From the NCBI RefSeq assembly GCF_009914755.1, contig NC_060936.1: a DNA stretch of 64,000 bases. One strand, given 5' to 3'. Under the pieces are notes generated by a model, which was not told the DNA's origin, made no database searches, and worked only from the letters and a program-made list of their open reading frames with translations. Position numbers and translations under genes: made by a program. Source of the DNA: the human T2T-CHM13v2.0 reference genome, Homo sapiens. Below, in pieces: positions 1-14,347 of the stretch. How positions within the stretch are numbered: position 1 is the first letter of the stretch; each line of letters begins with the position of its first letter.

Positions 1-334
<334 letters not shown>

Positions 335-754
335 TTATCAACTGAAGTGCTCTCTTTCAACAAATTATTATAAATGGTTGTGTTTATAAGAGATAAAACC
401 TTATTTCAAATTCAAATTGTAACAAAATATCAGGAAGCCCCTGCCATCTGGCTGTACAGAACCAATGTTGAGAGTTAAAACTACAGTAACCAAATATCTT
501 GTGATCTAGAGACTGATAACTAGACAGACTCAAAGTTAATCAAATAAATGAAATAATATTCTGAAATTATGCCCAAATTAGAACACTACACAGGCAATAC
601 ACTAAATATCTGATGTTTGAGTTATTATATACACTTAAAGAGTGTAAACCTAACATAAAGATCTCAAAACTTACAGAAGAGGGAATTCTTTCCTTAAAAT
701 TGTTTAATGGCTTTGTCCACAAAGGTGAAAAGAATACTAATATGGTGCAAATAA

Positions 755-1072
<318 letters not shown>

Positions 1073-1396
1073 TAACTAAAGGTTAAAAAATTAAGCCACT
1101 GGTTGGTGTTGTACAAAAGAAAAATGTCATTTTACTTGAGGCCAATGTAGCTTTAGAATAAAGAATAACTGTTGCAATTTAGATTTTAGAAGCTCCTAGA
1201 ATACATTAGCATCCCAGTTATCTGAAGGTTTTTTAAATGTATATTTCCAAGAGCTTTGCTTATAAAAACTTCAACCAAGGAAACTGCTCCTAAGTTAGTC
1301 AAGATTCAATGCTACATGTCTGAAGAACTAAAACTTAATTAAAATATTCTCAAAGTATAATCCGTGTAGGTTGTGTATACAATTGTTCCTTAGTAT

Positions 1397-1500
1397 TCAA
1401 GGGGAATTTGTTCCTCGCTGTGGATTGGTCCTCCCTGTGGATACCAAAATCCACAAGATGCTCAAATCCTTGATATAAAATGGTGTAGTTATGTGCATAT
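1397..1500 (+). mobile_element. MER2 (TcMar-Tigger) fragment
   Basis: gtggataccaaaatcc...gatgctcaa...tgatataaaatgg; same family as the element at 56505. Confidence 0.6.
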
Positions 1501-1504
1501 ATAT

Positions 1505-1934
1505 CACTAAGGAAAACTCAAGCTGGAAACTGCTTAGGGCAAACCTGCCTCCCATTCTATTCAAAGTTATCCCTCTGCTCACTGACATAAGTGCATATCT
1601 GATTGCCTCCCTTGGAGAGGCTAATCGGAAACTCAAAAAATGTAACTGTCTGTGTCTCACCTATCTGTGACCTTGAAACTCCCTCCCGACTTGGAGTCTT
1701 CCTGCCTTTGCTTCAAGTTGTTCCGCCTTTTCAGACCAAACCAATGTACCTCTTACATATATTGATTGATGTCTCATGGTCTCCCTAAAATGTGTAAAAC
1801 CAAAGATGTGCCCGGACCACCTTGGGCACATGTCGTCAGGACTTCCTGAGGCTGTGTCACACACGTGTCCTCATCCTTGGCAAAATAAACTTTCTAAATT
1901 AACTGAGACCTGTCTTAGATTTTATGGGTTCACA
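1505..1934 (+). mobile_element. MER4-family ERV1 LTR, 5' truncated
   Basis: gggcaaacctgcctcccattctattcaaagt...ccttgggcacatgtcgtcagga...aataaactttctaaattaactgagacc...gggttcaca. Confidence 0.75.
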
Positions 1935-2099
1935 ACATCTTATGGGCAAAATTTTCTATGGTCATAAAAAATAAAAATTGCCCCCACAGAAACTTTAAAC
2001 CTGAGGCAGATCTTCCTCCCTTCTAATCAGTATCCTAATTCTTCCTAGTGTGTGAATGCACAAGCATCATCAGGAATCAGCCTAAGCTGATAATATATA

Positions 2100-2500
2100 G
2101 TACTGTCCAACAGAAACACAATGCAAGCCATAAATACGAAACACATATATAATTTAAAATTTTCTAGTATCACATTTTAAAAAGTAAAAAGAAATCATTT
2201 ATTTGTTAGTAATATATTTTAACTCAACAGATCCAAAAATATTATCATTCTCACATGTAATCCAGATAAAATAGTATTTAATTGCTATCAGTGTCTTTAA
2301 TATAACATTAATAATAGTATCATTAATGTAATATTGAATTAAGGTATAATATATAACATAAAATATGATAATAATATATTAATTATTGATATTACTTTTT
2401 GTTTTTGTGCTAAGTCTTTGAGCATGTCTCAAAGCAATCTGGGCACATTTTAAGTGTTCAATGGCCACATGGGGCTAGGGGCTGCCATATTGGATGGCAC
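2100..2500. mobile_element. MER3/MER33-like hAT-Charlie MITE with AT-rich interior
   Basis: Ends ctgtccaa... and ...gccacatggggctaggggctgccatattggatggcacag. Confidence 0.55.
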
Positions 2501-4007
2501 AGAACTTGGAATACTGGTTCTCTAACTATACTGCCCTCCCCTATCCCACTTCCACCCAGCCTCCATCCCCCCAATTGCTTTCAAAACCAGGAAAACACAA
2601 TGTGCAGCAACACTGAAGAGTCAAATAGCCTAGACTGCCACTGCTTGGTAATTTTCCTCTCAGTTTCAGAATTCTGGTTTGAACATCCTTTCATTTTTTT
2701 TTCCACTTTGAAATGAGTATTTGAAAGGGAGAAAGAAAATTGGTATATATAGTTGTCCCTCTAATCACTTTCTCACTGTTCAGCAAAACCTGGAATCAGG
2801 TTTTGCCTTGCAGTTGATTTTACCTCCACCACCTCATAGTATACTTGTATTTAAGCTAAACACTTACAGTGATAACAGTAATGTTGGTTAAAAAAAAAAA
2901 AAAAGTTAAGTCACAGGTTGACGGCTATTCTGGCACAGGCTTGGGAAATAAAACTCTTTTATGTGGAACTCTCTACCTGTGAATACTGAGAAACAGGTAA
3001 GTCTGGCAACATAGCATTTTCACCAGAATACTTGTCAAGTGGATTTCTGCCATGCCTTGGCCTTCTACCTCACCTCTTCTGGCTTTCTGACTGATTGTCT
3101 GCTGCCTGCCTGGAATCCCTACTGGCCTTAGACACCCAGTCAAAAGCTGGTCTCTGAGTCAAAGTAGCATTCGGGCAACAAAGCACCAAATGCAGTGCTG
3201 GCTCCCGAGAATGTGAGTGGGTCTTGAAGGTCTTAGCTTTTTTGAGTTTGGTTCCATTCTAAAGGAATTTCAGCAAGCAGAAGATTTATCAGATTGATTT
3301 AGAAATGCAGCCTTCATAAACTGCATATTAAGCGTGTTAAATTCTGCTACATGCTTGAAAACCAAGGCTACAAAATGCTTCTATTACGTTAGCATTTTTT
3401 AGAGGTACCATGTTAGAGGACCCAGGAAGACAGAAAGGTTAAGTGCCATGTCACAGAGCTAAGCAGACCATCAGAAAGGAGAATAGGAACCAGTTCTGCA
3501 GATGCCTGACCCAGCACCCTTGCCACCAACAAATTACACTACCTTCAGGTCTAGTTCTCATCCTTTCTACTCTAGTGGAAATTAATAGAATTAGTAGTCT
3601 TTTTGTTTTTTCTGAAAGACAGCATTAGGAATATCTATCAAAATTTCAAACAGGACTATTCTTAACTCATTTATTGACTCATTCATTTCACCTATAAGAA
3701 TGTATCCTACAAAAACACACACATGCCCAAAGACATTTGAATAAGGATGTTTGTTACGACATTCTTTATGACAGTGAAACATTGAAATCAACTTAAATGT
3801 CACTTGCTTTTTAAAAGAATGACATAGATCTGTACATACTGATGTTGGAAAGATCTCCCACACAGAAATAAATTAAAAATTCATCACGCAAAAGTAGTTC
3901 TAGCATGATTCCATTTATACAGAAGGGAAAAATACAAATACATGTGTGTAAATTCATAGTAAATGTCTGAAGGAATATTTGCAAAGCTGTTAAAAGTGCT
4001 TGTTTCC

Positions 4008-4314
<307 letters not shown>

Positions 4315-5289
4315 CTAAATGCAGGGGACTTTGGGGATGTGTTTTTATATCATTTGACACTGTTACTGGAGAACAAATTCCCATAGTACATATGAAATTA
4401 AACATAAACATATTTAGAAAACTATTTTCTAACCTCATTATAAACAAGCCAGAATATTCACAAAGGGCATGCTTATTTAGAAATGTAGATGTTCTTTTAA
4501 ATAATAATAAATGAAGATTTTTTTAAAGTCCTGTTATGCTAAGAACTTGATTATAAGTCATTTGAGTATGGCTGAAAAATAAAAAAAAAACTAAAGAATG
4601 ATCAGCAAGTTAATTATTAAAATTATTCATACTTTTCCCAAGGTTAATTCTGTTGACTGTTTAGTGTTACAAAAGAAATAAAAAACAACTATGTATAATA
4701 TAATTTCAAGAGGCTTTGAATGTTTACATTTTTAAAGTAGGCTTGTAAATTATAGTCAAAATAATAAAAATAAATTGCTCAGCCTGTGGGTTAAGGTAAG
4801 GAAATAAAAAATGATTCAAATATGTCACCTTATGCCAACCGATGATACATTTCACAATATCTGATTTTGTAGAATCAGAGGCAGGACTCATATTCACCTG
4901 TGACAAGTTGGAAAGTAGAACCAGGAATGCATGGGACAAAACAAAACTTCCATTCACACCATATATGAACTGGGACATGTACAAGAAGAGTGGGCATCTG
5001 GGTCTTCAGTAGTAGGGACTTGGAAAAACTTTGCAGAGAAAGTGGTGTAAAGAACAATCAAGTCACCAAGTAGAGAAGATGGGGCACTCTTCCAAGTAAA
5101 GGGGAGGATAATATTGGCGAAAGCATAGATGCTAAGAACTTAGTAGATCTTGAAAAATTTCAGCAGAGCTAGGACTTAGAGTTTGTTGAGAAGTTGATTG
5201 GAGATGGTGCTGAAAATGAGGAATGGAAGCAGATAATCAAGGACCCTCATAAACCAGACAAACGAATTTGGACCTTTTATGTATTAGTC

Positions 5290-5612
5290 CTGTGCAGACC
5301 AGTATGGGAGGTACGATCCACATGTGGCAATGAGTACTTAAAATGTGGCTAAACCAAATTAAGATGTGCTATAAATGTAAAGTAATACACACCAGATTTC
5401 AAAAGCTTACTACAAAAAAAATTGTAAAATACCTCTTTTTTTTTTTTACTGATTGCGTGTTGAAATGATAACGTTTTAGATATATTGAGCTAAGTAAAAT
5501 ATACTGTATTATTAACATGAATTTCACCTGTCTTTACTTTTTTTAACTGATTACTGAAAAATTTAAAATTACATATGTGGCTAGAATTATATTTCTACTT
5601 GACAATGCTGCT
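5290..5612. mobile_element. MER33/MER3-like hAT element within old L2 sequence
   Basis: ccacatgtggc...aaatgtggcta...tacatatgtggct...gacaatgctg. Confidence 0.6.
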
Positions 5613-6138
5613 TTAGAGTTATATGTTTTAACAGAGTAGTGAAAATGTGGGATTTGCATTTTACAACTATCCTTCTGGCAAAAATGTGAAGGACAGTTTG
5701 TAGGGAAACCAAATAGGGGGCAGGAAAGACAGTTCCCAGCTATTAAAATAGTCCAAGGAGATACGACGAAACCTTCTCAAGAGTGCTGGAAATGAAATAA
5801 AGAAATGGATTCTATCTCTGGGCTATAGTGAATGAAGGGTTGAAAAGAAGATATTTTATCCTTCTAGCTTGGATATCTGGGTTCCTGATGATTTTATTCA
5901 ATTAGAAGATAATGACAACAGGAAGATCTAGTTGCTATGGAGTTTAGGTAAAGATGATTATATTTTTACAGAATATGTTGTGGTGCTTGTGGTACCCAAA
6001 ATATACACTTTTCAATAGACATTAAAAAAATGCAGGCATTCCAATAAAAGTTTTGGTTGGATGGAGAGACATGTGATTCATCAGTGCATGCATAGTAGCA
6101 GATGTCATAAGTATAGATAACATTGCTGGGTAGCTGCC

Positions 6139-7204
6139 TATTGCAGGGAGTCAGGGACCCCAAATGGAGGGACTGGCTGAAGCCATGGCAGAAGAACGTG
6201 GATTGTGACAATTTCATGGACATTTATTAGTTCCCCAAATTAATACTTTTATAATTTCTTATGCCTGTCTTTATTGCAATCTCTAAACATAAATTGTGAA
6301 GATTTCATGGACACTTATCACTTCCCCAATCAATACCCTTGTGATTTCCTATGCCTGTCTTTACTTTAATCTCTTAATCCCATCAGCTGAGGAGGATGTA
6401 TGTTGCCTCAGGACCCTGTGATAATTGTGTTAACTGCATGAATTGTAGAGCATGTGTGTTTGAACAATATGAAATCTGGGCACCTTGAAAAAAACAGGAT
6501 AACAGCAATGTTTAGGGAACAAGAGAGATAACCTTAAACTCTGACCACCGGTGAGCCGGGCAGAACAGAGCCATATTTCTCTTCTTTAAAAAGCAAATGG
6601 GAGAAATATCACTGAATTCTTTTTCTCAGCAAGGAACATCCCTGGGAAAGAGAATAAGCCCCTGAGGGTGGGTCTATAGATGGTCCCCTTGGGTGTGGCC
6701 GTCTTCCATGGTCGAGGCTGTAGGGGTGAAATAAACCCCAGTCTCCCATAGCACTCCCAGGCTTATTAGGAAGAGGAAATTCCTGCCTAATAAATTTTGG
6801 TCAGACTGGTTGCTCTCAAAACCCTGTCTCCTGATAAGATGTTATCAATGACAGTGGTGCCCGAAACTTCATTAGCAATTTTAATTTTGCCCCGGTCCTG
6901 TGGTCCTGTGATCTTGCCCTGCTTCCATTTGCCTTGTGATATTCTATTACCTTGTGAAGTACGTAATCTTTGTGACCTACACCCTATTCGTACACTCCCT
7001 CCACTTTTGAAAATCCCTAATAAAAACTTGCTGGTTTTGCAGCTTGTGGGGCATCACGGAACCTACCGACATGTGATGTCTCCCCTGGACACCAAGCTTT
7101 AAAATTTCTCTCTTTTGTACTCTGTCCCTTTATTTCTCAAACTGGCTGATGCTTAGGGAAAACAGAAAAGAACCTACATGACTGTTGGGGTAGGTTCCCC
7201 GATA
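6139..7204 (+). mobile_element. MER11 solo LTR (ERVK, HML-8)
   Basis: Starts t(a)ttgcagggagtcagggacccc, has the internal ttgtgaagatttcatggaca repeat and ends ttccccgata. Perfect 6-bp TSD gctgcc at 6133-6138 and 7205-7210. Confidence 0.9.
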
Positions 7205-7396
7205 GCTGCCCTTTTTGAAAAGAATACAGAACTCTGAGGAATACCAACATTTATGGGGAGAGTAAAACATCTGTTGGGAGATTAGGAAAAAGAAGCCAGA
7301 GGGACTGGAAGAGAACAAGGAAATACTGTTCCAAAAGCCTAGCAAGAAGTATTCAAGGACAGGGTAGTCACCAAGCCATAGAAAGGTCCATTGAGA

Positions 7397-7741
<345 letters not shown>

Positions 7742-7769
7742 TCATTGCAGCTTAAAGGGTGATTTAAAT

Positions 7770-7940
7770 GCATTTTAAGTTTATTATCTCATTTAATTAT
7801 CACAGCAACCTTATGAGATAAGTGCTATAATTATTCCCATTTTACAAATGAGAAAATGAGAGGTACCAGAAAGTTAAGTAACTTGTCTGAGATCACACAA
7901 CAGATGAGGGGAAGAGACAGGAGTGAAACCCAGGTCACCT
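7770..7940. mobile_element. MIR
   Basis: MIR core: cccattttacaaatgagaaaatgag...aggttaagtaacttg-like sequence. Confidence 0.7.
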
Positions 7941-8634
7941 AGTACCCATATTCTTACTTGAAATCCCAATTATTCAGATGTATAGAACCAGCTCATCATC
8001 TCCCCTGAAATACTAAAGGAGCTAAGAGAAGTTTGTATTATCAACAACAAGATGAAAATAAGAAACAATTTATTTCTTTTAAGTTGCCAGCTTTGGATCA
8101 GTTCTTCAGGACAGTGAAGATTACCTGAAGGACAAGGTAAATGGGAGTAACTTTTGCTTGACCTCTGTCACCACTCTTGCTGGCTATTCTAAAGGATTTT
8201 AGAATCAAACAAGCCTGTCCTAGGCAGAGGTGCTGGAAGGGTGGGGACACCCAGTCCCCTATTCCCCTGCAGTAGATGTCAGCAGTAGACAAGGAACAGG
8301 AAGGATTGACCCAGAAAGCAACAAGATTCAGGAGGACGGCGGTCACTCCTTTTTCTAGCCCTCTCTGCAACCTCCTCATGTCCCCGCTCTCAGTTCTATC
8401 TTTTCTAAATCCTGTGTAGAAGCTTCTGTAGACTTTGGGGAGGTGAGACAATACACCCATTATAGAACCCCTGGAAGCCACAGGATTTGATGTAGGCCTT
8501 GTTTCTAGCTCAGCTCAGTAATCTTCATCAGTCATCATTCTCTAGTGTCTAAGAGAACTAAGAAATCTCCCATTAGGAAATGTTGTTTTCCTCTTCCCAT
8601 GATTATCATAACAGAGGCTTTTGGCATTATGTTT

Positions 8635-8935
8635 TTGTTTTGTTTTTGGTTTTGGTTTTTTGAGACAAAGTTTCACCCGTGTTGCCCAGGCTGGAGTGCA
8701 ATGGTGCGATCTCGGCTCGCTGCAACCTCCACCTCCTGGGGTTCAAGCGATTCTCCTGCCTCAGCCTCTGAGTAGATGGAATTACAGGTGTGCACCATCA
8801 CACCTGGCTAATTTTGTATTTTTAGTAGAGATGGGGTTTCACCATGTTGTCCAGCCTGGTCTTGAACTCCTGGCCTCAGGTTATCCACCAGCCTTGGCCT
8901 CCCAAAGAGCTGGGGTGCACCACCGCACCAGGCCT
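8635..8935 (-). mobile_element. AluS
   Basis: Antisense Alu. TSD ttggcattatgttt. Confidence 0.92.
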
Positions 8936-9831
8936 TGGCATTATGTTTTGATGACAAAATTCTGACAAGTCAGATTCAGTGAGAATCTAACAAAAGTCAT
9001 TCTAGTAATTATTATTTAATAGCTCTGCCGAGGCCTGCCACTGGCCCAAAGCATTTCTTCTCCTTTCTCACCCACCTAGAATAAAGCCTGTAATAATTTT
9101 TGTTAGAGAGTTTTTCATTTGAGTCTCCAAGTGTCTTATTTTGAACAGCAAAAATCCCTGTGAATTTTGGTATTTGACTAACTCACCCCAGAAACAAGAG
9201 ATCATTTATGGAATGATGATTTGATGGGGGATGAACACTACACTAGCAGCATATTTTGGGTACTATCTGTGTATAGAATGCTTGATAGATGAACAGGAGG
9301 GGTACAGGGTAGGGGAGGCTCCCTAAGGAAACACCTAGGAATTGGGTAGGAAAAGAGAAGAGCGCAGAGAATAAACCACGGTCACCACTGCATTTTCCAT
9401 GAATTCCTTCCTATCAGAAGGTTTTCCTCCAAACATTGACTCTTCAAAACCCAGTTCTGATGGGCCTCACTGAACTGACTGGCTGGGATTTGAATCCTTT
9501 TGGGAGAATTGTCAAGTGCCACAGAACATGACAGACCAGAAGTAATAAAACTGAGATTTGTGGCTGTGACTAGAGGGGAAAAAATACTTCAGTCTAGAAG
9601 TCTAGAATACTTTTTGAAGGTATAATTTTATTTCAGGTAAATTCTGGCTAAATTATTCCAACAGGATTTAAAACCCTTATTTAATAAAGTTACAATCAAG
9701 TCAGGAGTTTTGGCCTTAATGTAGGCACAATTAACCTTGAGATTAGAGGGCTGAAGGATGGTTAATTTATAGACTCACGAATTGCTTCTCCCTCATGAGA
9801 ACAAGGGCAATGGGAACGTGAGCATTACTTA

Positions 9832-10056
<225 letters not shown>

Positions 10057-10186
10057 CTAATTATATCAGGCCCTATTCATAGCTGTAATAACCTGTAAGT
10101 GTGTGCCTGGATTTCCCGGTTCCACGTGTTCACAATTTTACTTTTCAAAGAGTTCATCAAGTCAGTTACTTACTGCACTTATGCAC

Positions 10187-10670
10187 TGAAGGGGTTAAAA
10201 TATGCCATTCTGGTGTATTGACAATTTAAGTTAAGGGCACTTGAAAAAGAGCAGGTGCAAAAAGATCACTCTGACCTTTTTCCTGTTTCTTAAAAGGTTG
10301 GAATCCCCATGTGAAAGATACCCACCCTATGCTAGAAAGATGCAACATTCTCATCACCAAGGACAGAATGTTGAGACTAAGAAAATACTGTGCAGACTTT
10401 GTTAAAATAACTCTTGTCCTTTAAGCCTCCCCAAATAATTTAATTGCTTTCTTCACAATTTGCTATTCTTTGTCCAATTCAGTATTTAAGTATCTGACTC
10501 TAACTGCTTCTTCAGGTCTTTATTTATTTATGAGGGTTTCCATGCTACATAAAACATGTGTCAAATAAATCTGTATACTTTTCTCTCATTACTCTATCTT
10601 AGGCCAATCTAATTATCAAACCAAGCTGGGAGCATTAAGAGAATGGAGGTGGAATTTTTCCACCCCTACT

Positions 10671-10672
<2 letters not shown>
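10187..10672 (+). mobile_element. ERV1 LTR, MER34-like
   Basis: Starts tgaagggg..aaatatgcca, has a poly-A signal aataaa and ends ..ccctac(t)aca. It lies in pseudogene intron 6. Confidence 0.55.
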
Positions 10673-10702
<30 letters not shown>

Positions 10703-10710
10703 GCGCGCGC
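10670..10710. repeat. (CA)n(CG)n microsatellite
   Basis: Directly visible. Confidence 0.95.
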
Positions 10711-11148
10711 CAGCGAGAAAGGGAGTTAGTTTAAACCCAAGCACACAATTAAGGAAAGCCACTGCAGAAGCAAGGCATTTCAAATATTTCTAGCCTAATT
10801 TAATGCAGAAATGTGGCCTTGGCAATGTTTATCTTGTTGAGATGATAAGGCAGAGCCGTAGACATTACATTACCATGAAATTTCTAACACTGATTGTTCA
10901 AGTGGCTTCTGATTTCTCCAGTTACATGTCTTTAGTGTTATGTGTCTTAATGGTATTTTGCAATATATTAGAATGAATGTATATCTTTCATTAAAAAAAT
11001 TTTCATTTTGAAACCAAAATGTTAAATTGTAGACAATCGCTCACTCGATTTGCTTCTAATTAATAAGCATTTTTAAAGGAGAAAAGACAAAATTAGCATT
11101 TAAATTGTGCATTTGCTTCTTTATAATTTAACCAGACAATCACATTAC

Positions 11149-11245
11149 CTTGGGCATTGGAATTCAGGAGAAGAACACCATGAGCATTAAAATCATTCTC
11201 TATGCAATTATATAAAGGATGAACTCCATAGAGATTGCTAAATGG
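11149..11245 (-). pseudogene. Exon 6: PFSNLYGVHPLYNCIENDFNAHGVLLLNSNAQ
   Basis: 97 nt, open frame, canonical ttgcag / gtaatg sites. Contains the hallmark NLYG.HP and AHGV.LLNSNA motifs of GAA/SI/MGAM. Too short for the ORF track. Confidence 0.95.
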
Positions 11246-11615
11246 CTGCAACAGCAAAAAGAAATACTATGTTTTCTGATAGTTTAGTATCATTTTATTA
11301 TTTTACTAAAAGAGACACTGTAGCAATTAATGACCCGCCAAAAATGTATAATTTCTCTTCTGAAGTTAAAGGCAACTAGTGAAAACTTGAGTGGATATAA
11401 AATTTTGAACTTGTCTTTATGACTAAGTATAAACTGATATGATTTCTGAGAGTAAGTCATATTTATAGTTACAGAGTAAATAACATGCATACTCTATTAA
11501 TAGAGTAAATCTTATTTATATTTATAGGCTCTTATAGAAATTCATTATAATTCATGGTACCTGCTTCTTTCCATAAACAAACTTCTAGTATTAACAATCT
11601 ATACTCACATATTAC

Positions 11616-11784
11616 CGTTGGTGAGTGAGCTCTGGAAAACATTCCATATTTAACAAAATTCATGTCATGCTTAAAGGATAGATGTTCATGTTCACCAAAT
11701 CCACAGATTGGAGTGGATGGGACCGCAGTTGTCATTTGTATAAACTGGTTAGAAAAAATCAGGCCTCCAAGAAATGTTTCCCAC
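11616..11784 (-). pseudogene. Exon 5: WETFLGGLIFSNQFIQMTTAVPSTPICGFGEHEHLSFKHDMNFVKYGMFSRAHSPT
   Basis: 169 nt, open frame, canonical cacag / gtaata sites. Matches the GH31 segment FSDQF.Q.ST.LPS..IYGFGEH.H.....W..WGMFSRDQPP. Confidence 0.93.
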
Positions 11785-12092
11785 CTGTGCCAGACAAGAA
11801 GCAAGAAGACAGTAACTAGGCAGCTCTTACTGAGAAAGTCTTTTTTCCATTAGATTCTGGTTTTAATAAATCCTGTAAAGTTAGCTCAAAAAGAGGATGA
11901 CAGAACAAAAACAGGTATGAGGGAATCTGAGGGAATGGTAGGAAATTCATGTCCATTGAGTATTTACTAAATGCTAGCCCATACACTGATTATAAATTAT
12001 ATGGTGTTCATTCAATCCTTATAATGGCCCTGTGGAAAAGCATTATTATTCAATTTTATAAAGGAAGAAAATGAGACTCAGAAAGAGTAAAA

Positions 12093-12533
12093 TGTCAGGC
12101 TTCTGAGCCCAAACTAAGCCATCAGATCCCCTGTGACCTGCACCTATACATCCAGATGGCCTGAAGCAACTGAAGAACCACAAAGGAAGTGAAAATAGCT
12201 AGTTCCTGCCTTAACTGATGACATTCCACCATTGTGATTTGTTCCTGCCCTGCCCTAACTGATCAATTGACCTTGTGACATTCGTTCTCCTGGACAATGA
12301 ATCTCAGGAGCTCCCCCAACAAGCACCTTGTGACTCCCGCCCCTGCCAACAAGAGGACAACCCCCTTTAATTGTAATTTTCCACTACCTACCCAAATCAT
12401 AAAACTGCCCCACCCCTACATCCCTTTGCTGACTCCTTTTTTGGACTCAGTCCTCCTGCACCCAGGTGATTAAAAAGCTTTATTGCTCACACAAAGCCTG
12501 TTTGGTGATCTCTTCACACGGACGTGTGTAACA
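12093..12533 (+). mobile_element. LTR7 (LTR7C-like) HERV-H solo LTR inserted into a MIR
   Basis: tgtcaggc.tctgagccca..ctaagccatc...ccttaactgatgacattccacc...gattaaaaagctttattgctcacacaaagcctgtttggtg...taaca. 5-bp TSD taaaa/taaag. Confidence 0.88.
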
Positions 12534-12733
12534 TAAAGTCCCATAACTTGCCTAAAATTTTACAAATAATAGTGCCAAAATTCAGTGAGTTTTGCCTGCT
12601 CAAATTTTAGCAAAGCATTTTATCTGTGGAGATGGAAGTAGGTCTTTCTTGAAATAAAAATAGTCCGTGTTCATATAAAAGTTGGAAAATACTGGGTTAC
12701 CCAAACCTGGATAGATTCCTTTTTCAGAATTCT

Positions 12734-13042
12734 TTTTTTTTTTTTTTTTTTTTTGGAGACAGAGCCTTGCTCTGTCGCCCAGGCTGGAATGCAGTGGCGC
12801 CCTCTCGTCTTGGCTCACTGCAAGCTCCGCCTCCCGGGTTCACGCCATTCTCCTGCCTCAGCCTCCCAAGTGGCTGGGACTACAGGCACCCGCCACAACG
12901 CCCGGCTAATTTTTTTGTATTTTTAGTAGAGGTGGGGTTTCACTGTGTTAGTCAGTATGGTCTCGATCTCCTGACCTCATGATCCGCCCGCCTGAGCCAC
13001 CCAAAGTGCTGGGATTACAGGCGTGAGCCACCGCACCTGGCC
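12734..13042 (-). mobile_element. AluY
   Basis: gcaagctccgcctcccgggttcacgccattc. TSD tcctttttcagaattct. Confidence 0.93.
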
Positions 13043-14057
13043 TCCTTTTTCAGAATTCTTAATGAGGAACATTATGATTCTCCAAGAATGCTTGATTGTT
13101 GCAAGCATAATGATTCTCCAAGAGGTGACTCTCACATATGACATTTTTCAAAGATAATAGATTATAGAAACCTATATAGAATGCCTGTGGAGATTGTGGA
13201 AGCCTATCTTCAATCACTTCAGGGAAAGGGAGAGAGCAGCCGTGGTGTTGGTGACATTACAGCAGTCGCAGTAATGGTAGCCCCCATGCTGCTGCCCAAC
13301 TCATACCTCGCACACCTCTATTGTGGTTCAATGCCTGGTCCTAGTCCACAAGACCAACGGGTGCACCTAAGTCCACTGTGAGAGGAGTTGCTCACACACT
13401 TGAGGAGACTGCTACTAAGTAACAGCATGGTATGGCCAGTGCTGTTACTTAATATGTTTGGTAGAAATCATTGCTTTTAGTCTCTCTCTCCTCATTCAAG
13501 GAAAGTTTTCCGAGTGCCATGAACTCTCCTGAGCACTGAAGAAATAGACAGAGGAATATGAAGCAGGAACAGCAGATCGTTACAACACAATGGGCTATGT
13601 GGAGATAAACAAGCGCTTGTTAATAAGGGCGCAGAACAAAGGCATGCACATACCATAGCCTGAGAAGGTAAAAGATCAGGGGAAGCTATTATGAGCAGGT
13701 CAGGTTCTGTATACGAAGAGGAAGAGTCTGTATCCACTCTGTTTCCCATAGGAAAAAAGCTTTTATTAACTTTTTCTCGTGTTCTTAGTTGGATACAGGT
13801 TTCTCAGACCCTAATAAACAAGAAAACTCATTTAATCTTTCAAGTCATCAGGAGCCTCTGAACAAGATTTATCTTTCATTTTTCTCTCTGACAAGTATCC
13901 AAGCCTCTATGTATAACTTTCTAATAGTTCATTAAAAAGTCACTTAGCCAAAAAGACCTGAAACAAACACCAAAATGCTACTGGAGTCCTTTCTGATTAA
14001 TTAATAATATTAATAGTAATCATTTGCATCAAAGATTGTATAAGAATATATATATAT

Positions 14058-14347
<290 letters not shown>

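Noticed and set aside
3260-3385. Minus-strand peptide AFCSLGFQACSR resembling exon 8 (PYWSLGFQLxR)
   Set aside because: There is no upstream IGRP..P, no good acceptor, and stops follow immediately. The distance to a possible IP motif is 86 nt versus about 69 expected. It is much more diverged than the true exons. Still worth including in a GeneWise run.
4609-4621. HNF1-like GTTAATTATTAAA (also GTTAATGATTTAA at 21686-21698)
   Set aside because: Expected by chance in such AT-rich DNA, with no supporting context.
4829-4897. Exon-like minus-strand segment (VNMSPASDSTKSDIVKCIIGWHK) with AG/GT ends
   Set aside because: No convincing GH31 or other homology in any frame.
5290-5320. Minus-strand LPYWS resembling the GH31 PYWS motif
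   Set aside because: It is the terminal sequence of a MER3/MER33 DNA transposon.
11831-11872. Mini-exon DLLKPESNGKKTFS resembling SI RKSNGKTL
   Set aside because: It would leave an intron of about 46 nt, and the true exon 4 was found at 19926-20395.
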